From Octopus bimaculoides (Eukaryota), in NCBI RefSeq assembly GCF_001194135.2, contig NC_068985.1:21125256-21189255 (forward strand): a stretch of DNA of 64,000 nucleotides, written 5' to 3'. The translations under genes were made by a program, and so were the position numbers. The notes under the pieces were generated by a model. That model saw only the letters and a program-made list of their open reading frames with translations. It had not been told where the DNA came from and made no database searches. This document shows positions 50,068 through 62,334 of this stretch, piece by piece (within the stretch, counting starts at the first letter, position 1; every line of letters begins with the position of its first letter).

Positions 50068-50963
50068 TACAGCGGTTGATCAATAAGTATCCCGATTGTT
50101 GCCATAGTAATGAAGCTAAAGCACGCAGAGTAAAGCTGCTTGGCACAGTTTGACCTTGAACTTTGCTATGCATGCACACTAAGTTTTAACATTCGAGCTC
50201 ACTTCCACTGTTTACAGCAGTTGTTGGAAGGAAGGAGGGAGTGTGTGATCATCGCATTGACCATGACAGAGAAAGTTGTCATAATGATACCTGCTCAGAG
50301 GCCTACGCAATGTTGCAGACAGTGTATGGAGAAGAGTGTATGAGCTGCATATAAGTGTATGAGTGGTTCAGACATTTCCAAGATGGCCAAAACAATGTCG
50401 ATATTGGGGAACGTTCTGAGAGACCTGCAACCAGCAGAACTGAGAAAAACATTGCAGATGTGCATGCAGCTGAGGAAAAATTGTCAAATTACCATCCATG
50501 AGTTATCAAAGGATGTGCAGATTAGTTACAGTTCAGTTCAGTCCATCATCACTGAAGATTTGGGTGTGAGACAAGTGTCTGCCAAGTTTGTGCCAAAACT
50601 ACTTTCAGCTGACCAAAAGGTCACTCGGGTTTCAGTTGCACAAAATCTCCTTGATTGTGTCAAGAACGATGAAAACATTTTGAAAACCTTGCAGAGGCCT
50701 CTGAGCAGGTATCACCAAGCTTTTGGCAAAATTTGATACAGATTCTCTGGTCAACTTTCTCTGTCACGGTCAATGTGATGATCACACACTACACACCTTC
50801 CTTCCAAGTATTGCTGTAAACAGCAGAAGTGAGCTAGAATGTTAAAATCTAATGTGCATGCATAGCAGTGTTCAAAGGGAATCTGAGCCAAGCAGCTCCA
50901 CTCTACATGTTTTAGCTTCATTTCTATAGCAACAATCTGGATACTTATTGATCACACCACGTG
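50068..50963 (+). mobile_element. Mariner derivative whose 3-prime half is replaced by an inverted copy of the 5-prime end
   Basis: gatcaataagtatcc termini; N-terminal transposase ..ITIHELSKDVQISYSSVQSIITEDLGVRQVSAKFVPKLLS; 50700-50963 is the reverse complement of the left end. Confidence 0.9.
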
Positions 50964-50973
50964 TGTGTATGTG

Positions 50974-51020
<47 letters not shown>

Positions 51021-51547
51021 NNNNNNNNNNNNNNNNNNNNNNNNNNNNNNNNNNNNNNNNNNNNNNNNNNNNNNNNNNNNNNNNNNNNNNNNNNNNNNNN
51101 NNNNNNNNNNNNNNNNNNNNNNNNNNNNNNNNNNNNNNNNNNNNNNNNNNNNNNNNNNNNNNNNNNNNNNNNNNNNNNNNNNNNNNNNNNNNNNNNNNNN
51201 NNNNNNNNNNNNNNNNNNNNNNNNNNNNNNNNNNNNNNNNNNNNNNNNNNNNNNNNNNNNNNNNNNNNNNNNNNNNNNNNNNNNNNNNNNNNNNNNNNNN
51301 NNNNNNNNNNNNNNNNNNNNNNNNNNNNNNNNNNNNNNNNNNNNNNNNNNNNNNNNNNNNNNNNNNNNNNNNNNNNNNNNNNNNNNNNNNNNNNNNNNNN
51401 NNNNNNNNNNNNNNNNNNNNNNNNNNNNNNNNNNNNNNNNNNNNNNNNNNNNNNNNNNNNNNNNNNNNNNNNNNNNNNNNNNNNNNNNNNNNNNNNNNNN
51501 NNNNNNNNNNNNNNNNNNNNNNNNNNNNNNNNNNNNNNNNNNNNNNN

Positions 51548-51628
<81 letters not shown>

Positions 51629-51719
51629 TCTCACTCTCTCTCTCTCACTCTCTCCTCTCCCTTCTTCTCAAGTATGATGTTTTCATAAACAGGACTAACC
51701 AACTGCATGTCATCTCATT

Positions 51720-52030
51720 TCCATCTTTCTCCTGTTTACCATATCACCAATTCTATTCTGCTACTTTGCACTATCAGACATCCTCCACTTCCCCACTCAC
51801 ACCAGGCACCTCTGACCCCTCTCATTCTTACCCACTTTGTACCTTGAAGGTCTACCATGACACCTCATCACCACTATTCTTATCATGTTCCAGACCCACC
51901 CAATCATCCCCACCCTCTCTTTCTAAAATGTGAGGAGTCATGTAGCTCTCTACAACAAGAAGAACTGTTCTTCTCTGACCCCGTCTCTCATAATTTAACC
52001 CCTCATTTCCAAGCATTAAGTTTCCCTACC
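51720..52030 (+). mobile_element. Degenerate pyrimidine-rich repeat, possibly from a PLE 3-prime region
   Basis: Similar pyrimidine-rich blocks recur near 16260-16560 and 62880-63130; homology judged by eye only. Confidence 0.3.
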
Positions 52031-53249
52031 TCAGGGTTTGTAGTCTTGTAAGCAGCATGGCAACCTCAATAGTGCTGGTGGCACAAAAATGTACACAATA
52101 AACAAAAGGATCTTCAAACGTTGGGCCTCACAGTAGGGATGACAGAGGACCAAGGCTCCTGGTGGTTTCCTGTGCTTGAGAAGACACATCAAGCTCAGTA
52201 AAAGTTGTCCTTGCATACAGGCATGTGCCCTGCATACCTCTCCAGCTGAGTTCATGAATTTTGGTTCTTTTCTCTAAATTATATATTTATTTATATATAT
52301 ATACACACACACCATGATAGATCGCTAGCCACTATACATTTTTTTTTTTCCTTGTTTTTTTCTGTGTTCCTCTCTGTGGAAGAGCATAGGCTCGNNNNNN
52401 NNNNNNNNNNNNNNNNNNNNNNNNNNNNNNNNNNNNNNNNNNNNNNNNNNNNNNNNNNNNNNNNNNNNNNNNNNNNNNNNNNNNNNNNNNNNNNNNNNNN
52501 NNNNNNNNNNNNNNNNNNNNNNNNNNNNNNNNNNNNNNNNNNNNNNNNNNNNNNNNNNNNNNNNNNNNNNNNNNNNNNNNNNNNNNNNNNNNNNNNNNNN
52601 NNNNNNNNNNNNNNNNNNNNNNNNNNNNNNNNNNNNNNNNNNNNNNNNNNNNNNNNNNNNNNNNNNNNNNNNNNNNNNNNNNNNNNNNNNNNNNNNNNNN
52701 NNNNNNNNNNNNNNNNNNNNNNNNNNNNNNNNNNNNNNNNNNNNNNNNNNNNNNNNNNNNNNNNNNNNNNNNNNNNNNNNNNNNNNNNNNNNNNNNNNNN
52801 NNNNNNNNNNNNNNNNNNNNNNNNNNNNNNNNNNNNNNNNNNNNNNNNNNNNNNNNNNNNNNNNNNNNNNNNNNNNNNNNNNNNNNNNNNNNNNNTATAT
52901 ATAGTGTAGTAAATAAAACGCACCATCCATGTCCTTATGACTGGTCTTTAAGACTGATAGAAGAAAAGGCAAGAATGAACCATAATACTATGATATGTGC
53001 AGTGGGAAGCAGCACATCAATTAAACATACTAGTTCTTAAGTTCTGTCCTAAACTGCTTCTTATTTAACAATCTCTTATATTTCATTAGCCTTCCATCAG
53101 ATTTCATATGGTTTAGCACTTAATATTCTCTTTTGAAACTATTTCAGATAACAAAGGAATTTGTATGAATTATATATTCACTCAAGTCTTGATTAATTAG
53201 TGTCTCTAACTTTACCATTACCTATTGCAATACCTTTACCATCTTTTTT

Positions 53250-53560
53250 TAAGAGCACCAGATTACCTGGAGGTTTTCTCAGATTTCCTTTTTTCTGACT
53301 TCTGTGGATACATTATACCATAAGTCTAAACTTCTTACTTGGCCTCTCTTCATTCCATTCACAGTCCTTATTTAACAGCTGTGCTTACATGCTATGTTTG
53401 CTCATTATCACTAATTTTCAGCCTACCAGTGTTATTGTGCTGGAATTTTTCTCATGTTTTATCATAGTTTGCAATCACCATCTGTTTTGACGTTCTGAAT
53501 GCATCATATTTTTCAGCTCTGCTTTTTAACACATTCATACATCTCACATACTTGTCCTTT
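53250..53560 (-). mobile_element. RTE ORF2 linker remnant
   Basis: AFRTSKQMVIANYDK..NNTGRLKISDNE. Confidence 0.4.
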
Positions 53561-54394
53561 TTTTTTCTTTTTTCCTTGCTTCAAAGACTACTTTTCCACC
53601 TTTATATCTATTCTCAGGATATTAAATTTTAATTTTTTTTTATATTCTTTCTTTTTCCTTTTCTTGTCTTGACAAAAAGCATCACAACATTTCACTACCA
53701 TGTTGATAAGATGCATTTTTTTTTTCAGTGGTTACTACAAAGAAAATTTCATTCACTCTTGTGAACTGTCATAAACTTTACAAACAATAACATACTTCAA
53801 ATAACTGACTTTATTTTCTTTATATTCTTTCACACACAATATGGATGATATCCTATGCTAAAATTTAAATTGCCTTAACTGAAAAAGTGAAATCATTTTC
53901 ATAGTTATTCAATTTACTTTAAAATTCTATCCAACTGCTTAATTGCTGATTAACAAAAGTAATTCTTTGAGTTGTTTGAAGCTTTTCAGCTTTAAAATAT
54001 AGAGAACAACCAATTGCGTATGACCTACTTACTGTGGATTGAAGATTTGTCCAAGTAGGTTACTGATACCATGTGTTCTCAATCATTCTGTTCAATCCTG
54101 TCTGCAACATGGTATGCTTAGATATTGTAACCAACCAAATTCTGTGAACCAATACACCCAATGGGATTCAATCTCAACTAGAGTCAATTTACTCACTTTA
54201 TCTTGCAGTGATTAATTGTGTAGGGAGGATTATAATAGTATACACCCATTCTATTGATTTCACTTCCCAGCCTGTTTTGGTTTGACTGGTGGTTGAAGAA
54301 AAAGCAAGGTGAGTTCAACCATTATGGGTTGGTTTTGATTCCTTGAAATTCACCCATGTACAATCAAAGTCTAGATGGATGCCATTGCAGCCTT

Positions 54395-54542
54395 CTTGGC
54401 TTTTACTGCTGGCATGGAGAGGGGAGGCCGGTATGCATGGGCGACTGCTGGTCTTCCATAAACAACCTTGCCCGGACTTGTGCCTGGGAGGATAACTTTC
54501 TAGGTGCAATCCCATGGTCAGTCATGACCGAAGGGGGTCTCA
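54395..54542 (+). mobile_element. SINE family B 3-prime part
   Basis: ggtatgcatgggcgactgctggtcttcc...gtgcaatcccatggtcagtcatgaccgaagggggtctc. Confidence 0.8.
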
Positions 54543-54954
54543 ACAACTTCATATACTCCTATATACTCCAATTTTACTTTATGCTACTTCAATTTTTCTT
54601 TATATTCAATTTTTATTTTTCAAAGGATTTCTCAAATTTTTCATCAATGTGCTAACTTAAAATACACACATTTGTAGTAGCTGTAACAAAACGCCAACAT
54701 TGTTGTCTATCTTATCTTTTGCTCAGCCTAAATTTGACAATTTTTTGTTTCCTTTTTTCTGGAACAGTGTTGGAGAACATGAAGATTAAAACTGTAATTG
54801 AGTAAAAGCTGAGCCGGAGGACTGACAGCCATCTGAATATTGGAAAAGACTTACCTGTATGATGATGAGTCACACCAGTTATCAAAATGAGACATTATGA
54901 TTTCTGCCGAATGCTGTGTGAACAATGTAAAGACAGTAAGATGTGACATGGACA

Positions 54955-55572
54955 ACATGAAACCCAAGTTCCACCAAACTGTAATGGCCTTTGGGTGTGT
55001 CTCCAGTGAGGGTGACATCATGCTACTCTGCATCTTTGAACGGGTCCTTGGGCTCAATTCAGATGGTTATGTGAAGCTGCTGGAAACTGTTGGGAAACCC
55101 TGGCTAGAGAAGGTTGCTGACGGAAGGTCATATGTGTGGCAGCAGGATTCATTCAGCTCCTTACCATATCTCCAGAAAAAGTGACAAGTGGTTGTTGGAG
55201 AATTTCTACAACTTCACCAGCCCCAATTTCTGGTCTCATAATTCTCCTAATTGTAATCCCATGAATTACTATGTATGGGATGAGATTGAGAAAGACACAA
55301 ACTGCTCTGCTTGCAACACCAAAGCCAAGCTGGTGGCCAAGACCAAGAAGGTCTTTGCAGATCTTCCCACATACACAGTGAGAAACTCATGTGCCACGTT
55401 CCAGAACTGTCTTAAAGCCATAGTGGAAGCTGAGGGCAGCTACTTTAAGTAGACTGTCATCTTCCAGCCATAATCTACTTGATACATTTTGAATTTTCAA
55501 AATATTTTTAGATTAGATATTGCGTTCTCTTTTCCTTTTATGCAAACTGCCAAATCTATTCCACACACCCTG
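54955..55572 (+). mobile_element. 5-prime-truncated maT-type (DD37D) Tc1/mariner transposon
   Basis: KFHQTVMAFGCVSSEG, YVWQQDS, NSPNCNPMNY with 37 residues between the second D and the third (mutated to N); 4-bp duplication frameshift; right end caccctg. Confidence 0.85.
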
Positions 55573-56764
55573 TTGAGGTTCTAACCATTATGCAGCAAAG
55601 TGACCAGATATGTATGGAATATTAGTTAACCCCTACTCTTTATTTGGTTAACCCCTACTCTTTGAATGTTGAGTGTTGATGATTGATAATGATGATATCT
55701 ATCTAAATAACAACTAGACATGATATTGTTTAACTTTGGAGATTGAACAAGCACCCATGCGTATCTGCAAGATGAATATAACGTTCATCAGTGAATGCTA
55801 ATTTAGCATAGGGTAACTGAAGTACTACAAAGGCACTGGCTGGTAGCTAAGGTCCTTAGTTTTACTCCTTAACTGATCTCTGGTTTCAAATATATTCTAT
55901 TTCCTTACTCTTGAAATATTCTGTTTTGTATAAACATGGCTACAAATTTTCTGTTATGATATATATGTTATATCACAATACTTCTTTTTTAGGACTCTTA
56001 AAAGAAAAACTAGATTACTAGTAGATGCTAGTAGAAACACTATAACAATTTATTCAAATATCCAAATTGTTTGACCCAACTACATTAAAAAAATAGATAT
56101 AAAATGAATTTAAGAAGCATTTCAAGATGCTTTGCATAAATTTCAAGACACTTTGCATAAATTAAAAGCTTCATTGAAGAAGCAGGTGATAATTTACATT
56201 TTGATATATGAACAAAAAAAGAATAAAAGAAAAAAACCTGGAGTTATTTCTCTTCCTTAAATTTATATTTATATTTACTTGAAAATGTCAGTAACGAACA
56301 AAAAAAAAATCTATGCACACATTAAGAATAAATATTTGAGAGTTTTTCTTTGTCAATCAATGACTGACAACATATTTTAACTAACATAAAGATGAATATA
56401 GTTCGACTATATTTAGTTTACCAAATGATTGCTCTTGAAAGAACTTTATTAACACAGTAAAGTCAAATACATTCCTTGAAGCCTAATGATCACCAAAGAT
56501 TGAAACCAACAATTAAGTTTAATACAAATAATGCAGACTAAAATAATTGTTCATCTCTTCTCTCCCTTCTTGATTATTCTTTCAACTTAAGTGTTATTAT
56601 ATGCATTGGCTTATTGGCTTATCTACAGTATACACCAGTAATAACCCCATTGTGTTAAATAATGACTAATACAACAATAGATTATGGAACCTGGTGCAGC
56701 CTCTGGCCTTGCCAGCTCTTATCTAGCTGTCCAACCCATGGAAAATGGACATTAAATAATAATA

Positions 56765-56767
56765 ATC

Positions 56768-56817
<50 letters not shown>

Positions 56818-56829
56818 AATGACAATGAT

Positions 56830-56860
<31 letters not shown>

Positions 56861-57022
56861 CTAAATAAGAATGATGCTGATGACGATGGTGACGACTATA
56901 GTGTTGAAGTAGTGGTGGTGGTGGTGGTGCTGCTGCTGCTGCCGCTGCTGCTGCTGCTGCCGCTGCTGCTGCCACCGCCACCGCCGCCGCCGCCGCTGCC
57001 ACTGCTGTTGCTGCTGCTGCTG

Positions 57023-57071
<49 letters not shown>
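56765..57071. repeat. Compound trinucleotide tract (GAT)(GTA)(GTG)(GCT/GCC)(CTA)
   Basis: Direct reading. Confidence 0.95.
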
Positions 57072-57108
57072 AGGAACCAAGAGAGAATTTGTCTTAGAGG
57101 TTACATAC

Positions 57109-57204
57109 CTTATAATTTAGTCTTAGCCAAAATATACAGAAAACTTGCCAGAATAAAACTGAATTTAATACAGCATAGTAGATCCCCCAAAAGCAGATGT
57201 GGTA
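57109..57204 (-). CDS. Candidate 96-nt internal coding exon, hydrophobic (YHICFWGIYYAVLNSVLFWQVFCIFWLRLNYK); gene unidentified
   Basis: Acceptor ttttttttcttcag, donor AAG/gtatgt, length divisible by three, one open frame; no family recognised. Confidence 0.3.
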
Positions 57205-58119
57205 CTGAAGAAAAAAACATTGTATTAATGTCCACTTTTCCATGCTTGCATGGGTCAGAGAATAATTTTGTTAAAGCAGATTCTTCATTTGAAAGAATCC
57301 CTTCCTGCTGCCAACTTTCATCTATTTTCAAGAAAGGCTATACTTCCTCCTAGTCTATCAAGCCATGAATAATCTAAACAAGCTTTCACACAAGATTGTA
57401 AATAAATGACATTGTTTGTATAAACAGTGACATTTTGTTTACAGTCAACCTGTACATGTCAAGGTAAGAAAAATATATACACTATCACATACACACACAC
57501 ACACACACACATGCACACACANNNNNNNNNNNNNNNNNNNNNNNNNNNNNNNNNNNNNNNNNNNNNNNNNNNNNNNNNNNNNNNNNNNNNNNNNNNNNNN
57601 NNNNNNNNNNNNNNNNNNNNNNNNNNNNNNNNNNNNNNNNNNNNNNNNNNNNNNNNNNNNNNNNNNNNNNNNNNNNNNNNNNNNNNNNNNNNNNNNNNNN
57701 NNNNNNNNNNNNNNNNNNNNNNNNNNNNNNNNNNNNNNNNNNNNNNNNNNNNTATATATATATATGTATATATATATATCTGCCAGTGCTCCCTGACAGG
57801 CTTCCATGCCGGTGACATGTAAAATGCACCATCCAAACATGGGCAAAATCCTAATTTCCTGTATCAAAAACATAGGAATCAGAAGACATTTAGGAAAAAA
57901 ATAAGGTGGAGGTGTAAATGTCACCTCAGACATGCTAGAAACAACAGGTAAAGGACAGGATTTCTGGAAAAACCTCCTTTTAAGTTTATATCGAAGATCA
58001 GGTTTTTAAATAAGCTCATCACAAATTACACAATAGAAGAAGATCATTTCAGTTGGATTTGAGCTGTAATTTTGCACATGCACACAGCAAGAAATAACAT
58101 AGTTCATACAGAACTTTTA

Positions 58120-58160
<41 letters not shown>

Positions 58161-58344
58161 CGTGCGCGTGCGTGCGTGCGTGCGTGTGCACGCATGTGTG
58201 TGTGCACACATGTGTGTGTGTACACATGTGTGTGTGCATGAGAGAGAGAGAGTGAGTGAGTGAGTGAAGGTCTGTGTTGTCATGTATGTATTTTTTGTAA
58301 GTATATGTAAGTGGCACTCACTCTCTCTCTTTTTCTCTCTTTCC

Positions 58345-58376
<32 letters not shown>

Positions 58377-58944
58377 AACACACTATGTTTCATAGACACA
58401 TACATAAATACATATACATCTTTTTTGTATGTATGTGTGCGTGTGCATGTGAGAGAGAGTGAGTGACTGTAATTTCTCATAATATAGAGAAATGGATGTC
58501 TTTCAATGAAATTTATTTGGTTGTGGCTTATTTTAATACAATATTTATGTGTACATTTTCATAAATGTTTGTCTGAGTAGAATTGTACGCATGCATAAAA
58601 CACTGGATGAAAGTGAAACATAAGAAGCAAATTGAAATATTGCCTGAAAATGATCTCAAAATTGTGCAACCCGAACTCATTTCCAAGGTTATTTTAGTTG
58701 TAAAAAAGAGTTGTGTCAAAAACAATTCATTTGGTAGCCTTTATATATATAGATATGTGATAGGCAGGTTTTTTATTATAGTATAGATATTGTACAACCC
58801 GACCTGATTTCAGAGAAAGATTACTTTCATTATTCATATATTGTCACTCTCATAATGCAACACTTTATAATTTTGTTTCAAATTGAAAGTGCTATAGCTG
58901 GTTGTTGAGATAACATAGAAAATATGTAAATGAGAGACCAGTTG

Positions 58945-59017
58945 AGCAAGAGACCAACAAAACTCCTTATCGGTCTCTTTTACTGAACTGCTGTTAGCAT
59001 CGGTTGTCAAGCAATGA

Positions 59018-59096
<79 letters not shown>

Positions 59097-59600
59097 CACA
59101 CACACACACACACGCACGCACACACACACACACACATATATACATATATATATACATATATACGACGGGCTTCTTTCAGTTTCTGTTTACCAAATCCACT
59201 CACAAGGCTTTGGTCAGCCCGAGGCTATAGTAGAAGACACTTACCCAAGGTGCCACACAGTGGGACTGAAACTGGAACCATGTGGTTGGTAAACAAGCTA
59301 ATTACCACACAGCTACAACAGGCCTTTCATTTTCTATCCACCAAACTTACTCACAAGGCTTTGGTCAGCCCAGGGCTACAGTAGAAGACAGTGAATCCAA
59401 AAGCATGTGGTTAGGAAGCAAGCTTCTTACTACACAACCATAAGTGCTTCTAGTTTCTGTTTGCTAAATTTCACTCACAAGGCATTGGTCAACCCACAGC
59501 TACAGGAGAAGACACCATCCAAAGGTATCCGTGAACTAGAAACAAACTCTCAACTACATGAGTCTGAAGCAAACTTCTTCACTCCACAAATATACCTACA
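58945..59600 (-). mobile_element. SINE family A copy with (CA)n plus two extra head fragments
   Basis: ccactcacaaggctttggtcagccc occurs three times with divergence. Confidence 0.8.
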
Positions 59601-60692
59601 CCCATTATCAGTTGAGATTTTTTTAGAACAATCCTTCAATAATTGATTGATTATTGCAAACAAAGAATTACAAAATGTCTCCTCTATAACATCCTCAGTA
59701 GCTAAGATTTTTGCTCTCATTAATAACACATTATGCAATTTTTGCTAAAGTCTGGGGCATCGTACAGAGATCTAACATGTCTAAATCACAAAATAGCAAT
59801 CAAATACAGTAAGCAGTCACCTAAGAAACTAAAGTGGTATGATTTTCAAATAAAATATATAAAATAAAAGTTGCTGCTGACATTAGCAACAGAAACATGT
59901 AAAATAGGAAAAAATCATCCCATTAAATTGCCTTTCTTTTCTTTCATTTTTTTTTTTTCTTTTTTTTGTTATTGTTTACGAACTGTAAATGTAGATGAAT
60001 CAATCTGAAGCATATTCCGAAAATAAATGAAATGAAATGCAAAAATAGAAGAAAAGCTTGAGATGACAGCTTTTAACCATTGTAGGTCCACAATAAAGCC
60101 AACTAATGAAAATTCATACTCTTTTAGCCATTTTGCTGTTTCATGTGAAGTAACAAAAAGCAAAGCTATGAAAAATTTTAGCTGTCTTGCAATATAACCA
60201 GTGGATCTCTCTATTTAATACAATTCTATCATCAAACCTAAAACTGTTCCTGGTTCTATATTACAACGCCTCCCATTTTAACCCTTTTGTTACCATATTT
60301 TTATTAGTAATACAGTTTCTTTCAATTTAGAAAATAATGATGAATATAGTAAAATAACTTTATCATTATTAAGCTGAAACATAAATTAACATGAAGTTCT
60401 AATGAGAAGATTTCTCTCTCGTTCTTCACCTTTTCCCATCTTTAAGGCTATGCTCCTCCTCTTTATCATCTCTTTATGATCCTCCTCACCTCTACTTTCT
60501 CCTTTCCTCTCTCAATCTCCTTCATATCCTTCTATTGAACACCTCATTACGATAGATAGTTATCTCTATAACCTTATCATCACCAACCACCAACTACATT
60601 TCATCAAAATATCTTCCTTTCCCACTTGGACTGTAAATCTTACCTGCCGTTCTATTTAGACATATTCTATTTTCCTTTCCGCTATATGCATT

Positions 60693-60796
60693 CTTCTGCT
60701 GACAACAGGATGGATTACATCCATATTCTACACTGCAGACAAGCTGCACAGATCTGCATCTAATATGCAACTGTCCAAGAAACAGCTGTAAAGTGC
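60693..60796 (+). ncRNA. Degenerate hammerhead-like motif
   Basis: CTGACAA (G8 lost, CpG-type change) ...GAAAC agct GTA. Confidence 0.35.
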
Positions 60797-60977
60797 TATT
60801 TGTATCTCCCCTTTCCATCTTTTGTGTTTTTCACTAGTGACACCATGGGTTTTATTTACCTGTCTAGGTCAACTCAACACAAAGAACTTGTTTATTTCAT
60901 CCAGGAGTGTATCAGTCTACAATGAATCATTATGCACATTCATCTTCCAGATCTTTCCCATTTTCCTGCTATATACA

Positions 60978-61810
60978 TACTAGCAGAGGCACCCGGCGTT
61001 GCTCGGGAATGAAATTGTTGCTTATATACTTGAAGAAAAAAAGGCAAAATATGCTGTATAGAAATTTGAGGACATTTTGTAGATGGACTCTCAGATGAAT
61101 GATGGCTGGGCGCCTCTCATGAATGGGGAAAATTGAAGATATGCCAAAAAGCCTCATTGGTACTTGGAAACTTTTACGAAAATTAAAATGCGGATTAAAT
61201 GAAAAAAANNNNNNNNNNCGTGTGTCTTTGTAAATATGTTTGTATATATTTATGTATGTGTGTGTTTGTAAGAGACAGAGTGTGAGTGAGAGAGAGAGGT
61301 TTGTTGTCATGTATACGTACATGCATAAATATACATACATTTTTGGATGTATGCATATGACAACACAGCCCTTGACTCACTCACACTCTGTCTCTTACAA
61401 ACACGCACGCGCGCGCATACACACGTGTGTCTTTGTAAATATGTTTGTATACATTTAGGTGGACATTGGAATTAGATGCTGAGGGAAAATGGCTGTAACT
61501 TTTTTATTTTTTAATTTTGACGATTTTCGTTTTCGATAATGTGTTCTATATGTCACGGTCATGCGATTCCCCCTTTAAAATTTTGGACCAGTGTGAGTGA
61601 GTCAAGGGGTGTGTGTGTATGTGTGTGTGTGTGTATGTGTGTGAGAGAGAGCGGTGTGTATGTAGTATTTACTCTCTCTCTCTCTCTCTCTCTCTCTCAT
61701 ACACACGAACACACAAAATAGAGAGTGAAACTTTTTGCGGTTGTTACGTCAATACCGGAAGTTGACATTGAGGAACCTTTTTAAAGAAGTGAATCTTAAA
61801 TATAAAGCAA
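60978..61810 (+). mobile_element. Non-autonomous Helitron-like element with internal microsatellite/tandem units
   Basis: 5-prime tactagcagaggcacccggcgttgctcggg; repeated gtgtgtctttgtaaatatgtttgtata; 3-prime end uncertain. Confidence 0.5.
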
Positions 61811-61914
61811 TATTATTTATTTTTAATTAAAAAAAATCAAATGAAGAGCCTAAGATTTATTCGAGGTCAAATTATTCATGCATTACAATTATGGAAGCAT
61901 TTGGTGAAGTCGAT

Positions 61915-62298
61915 TTACTTGTTTCAGTCATTTGACTGCAGCCATGCTGGAGGCTGGAGCACCACCTTTAGTCAAGCAAACCGACTCAACAGGACTTATT
62001 CTTTGGAAGCCTAGTACTTATTCTATCAGTCTCTTTTGCCGAACCGCTAAGTTACAGAGACGTAAACACACCAGCATCGGTTGTCAAGTGATGTTGGAGG
62101 GGACAAACACAGACACACACACACACACACATACATATGACAGGCTTCTTTTAGTTTCCGTCTACCAAATCCACTCACAAGGCTATGGTCAGCTCGAGGC
62201 TATAGTAGAAGACACTTTCCCAAGGTGCCACACAGTAGAACTGAACCCGGAACCATGTGGTTGGTAAGCAAGCTACTTACCACACAGCCACTCCTACA

Positions 62299-62300
<2 letters not shown>
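61915..62300 (-). mobile_element. Near full-length SINE family A
   Basis: Reverse complement of 23271-23700. Confidence 0.9.

Positions 62301-62334
<34 letters not shown>

Noticed and set aside
45483-52972. Long ORF-track entries in this interval and similar ones elsewhere (IYIY, CVCV, HTHT, LSLS, poly-X)
   Set aside because: Translations of microsatellites and N gaps
57445-57463. 19-nt plus-strand micro-exon-like segment
   Set aside because: Good splice sites but no supporting neighbouring exons; such matches arise by chance in 64 kb
60120-60165. ALLFVTSHETAKWLK resembling a mitochondrial carrier helix
   Set aside because: Needs an insertion to align, and no other carrier exons or PX(D/E)XX(K/R) motifs were found
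60644-60785. 142-nt minus-strand exon-like frame (LFLGQLHIRCR..) resembling a channel S5 segment
   Set aside because: It overlaps the hammerhead-like repeat on the other strand and its phase does not join the 57.1-kb candidate
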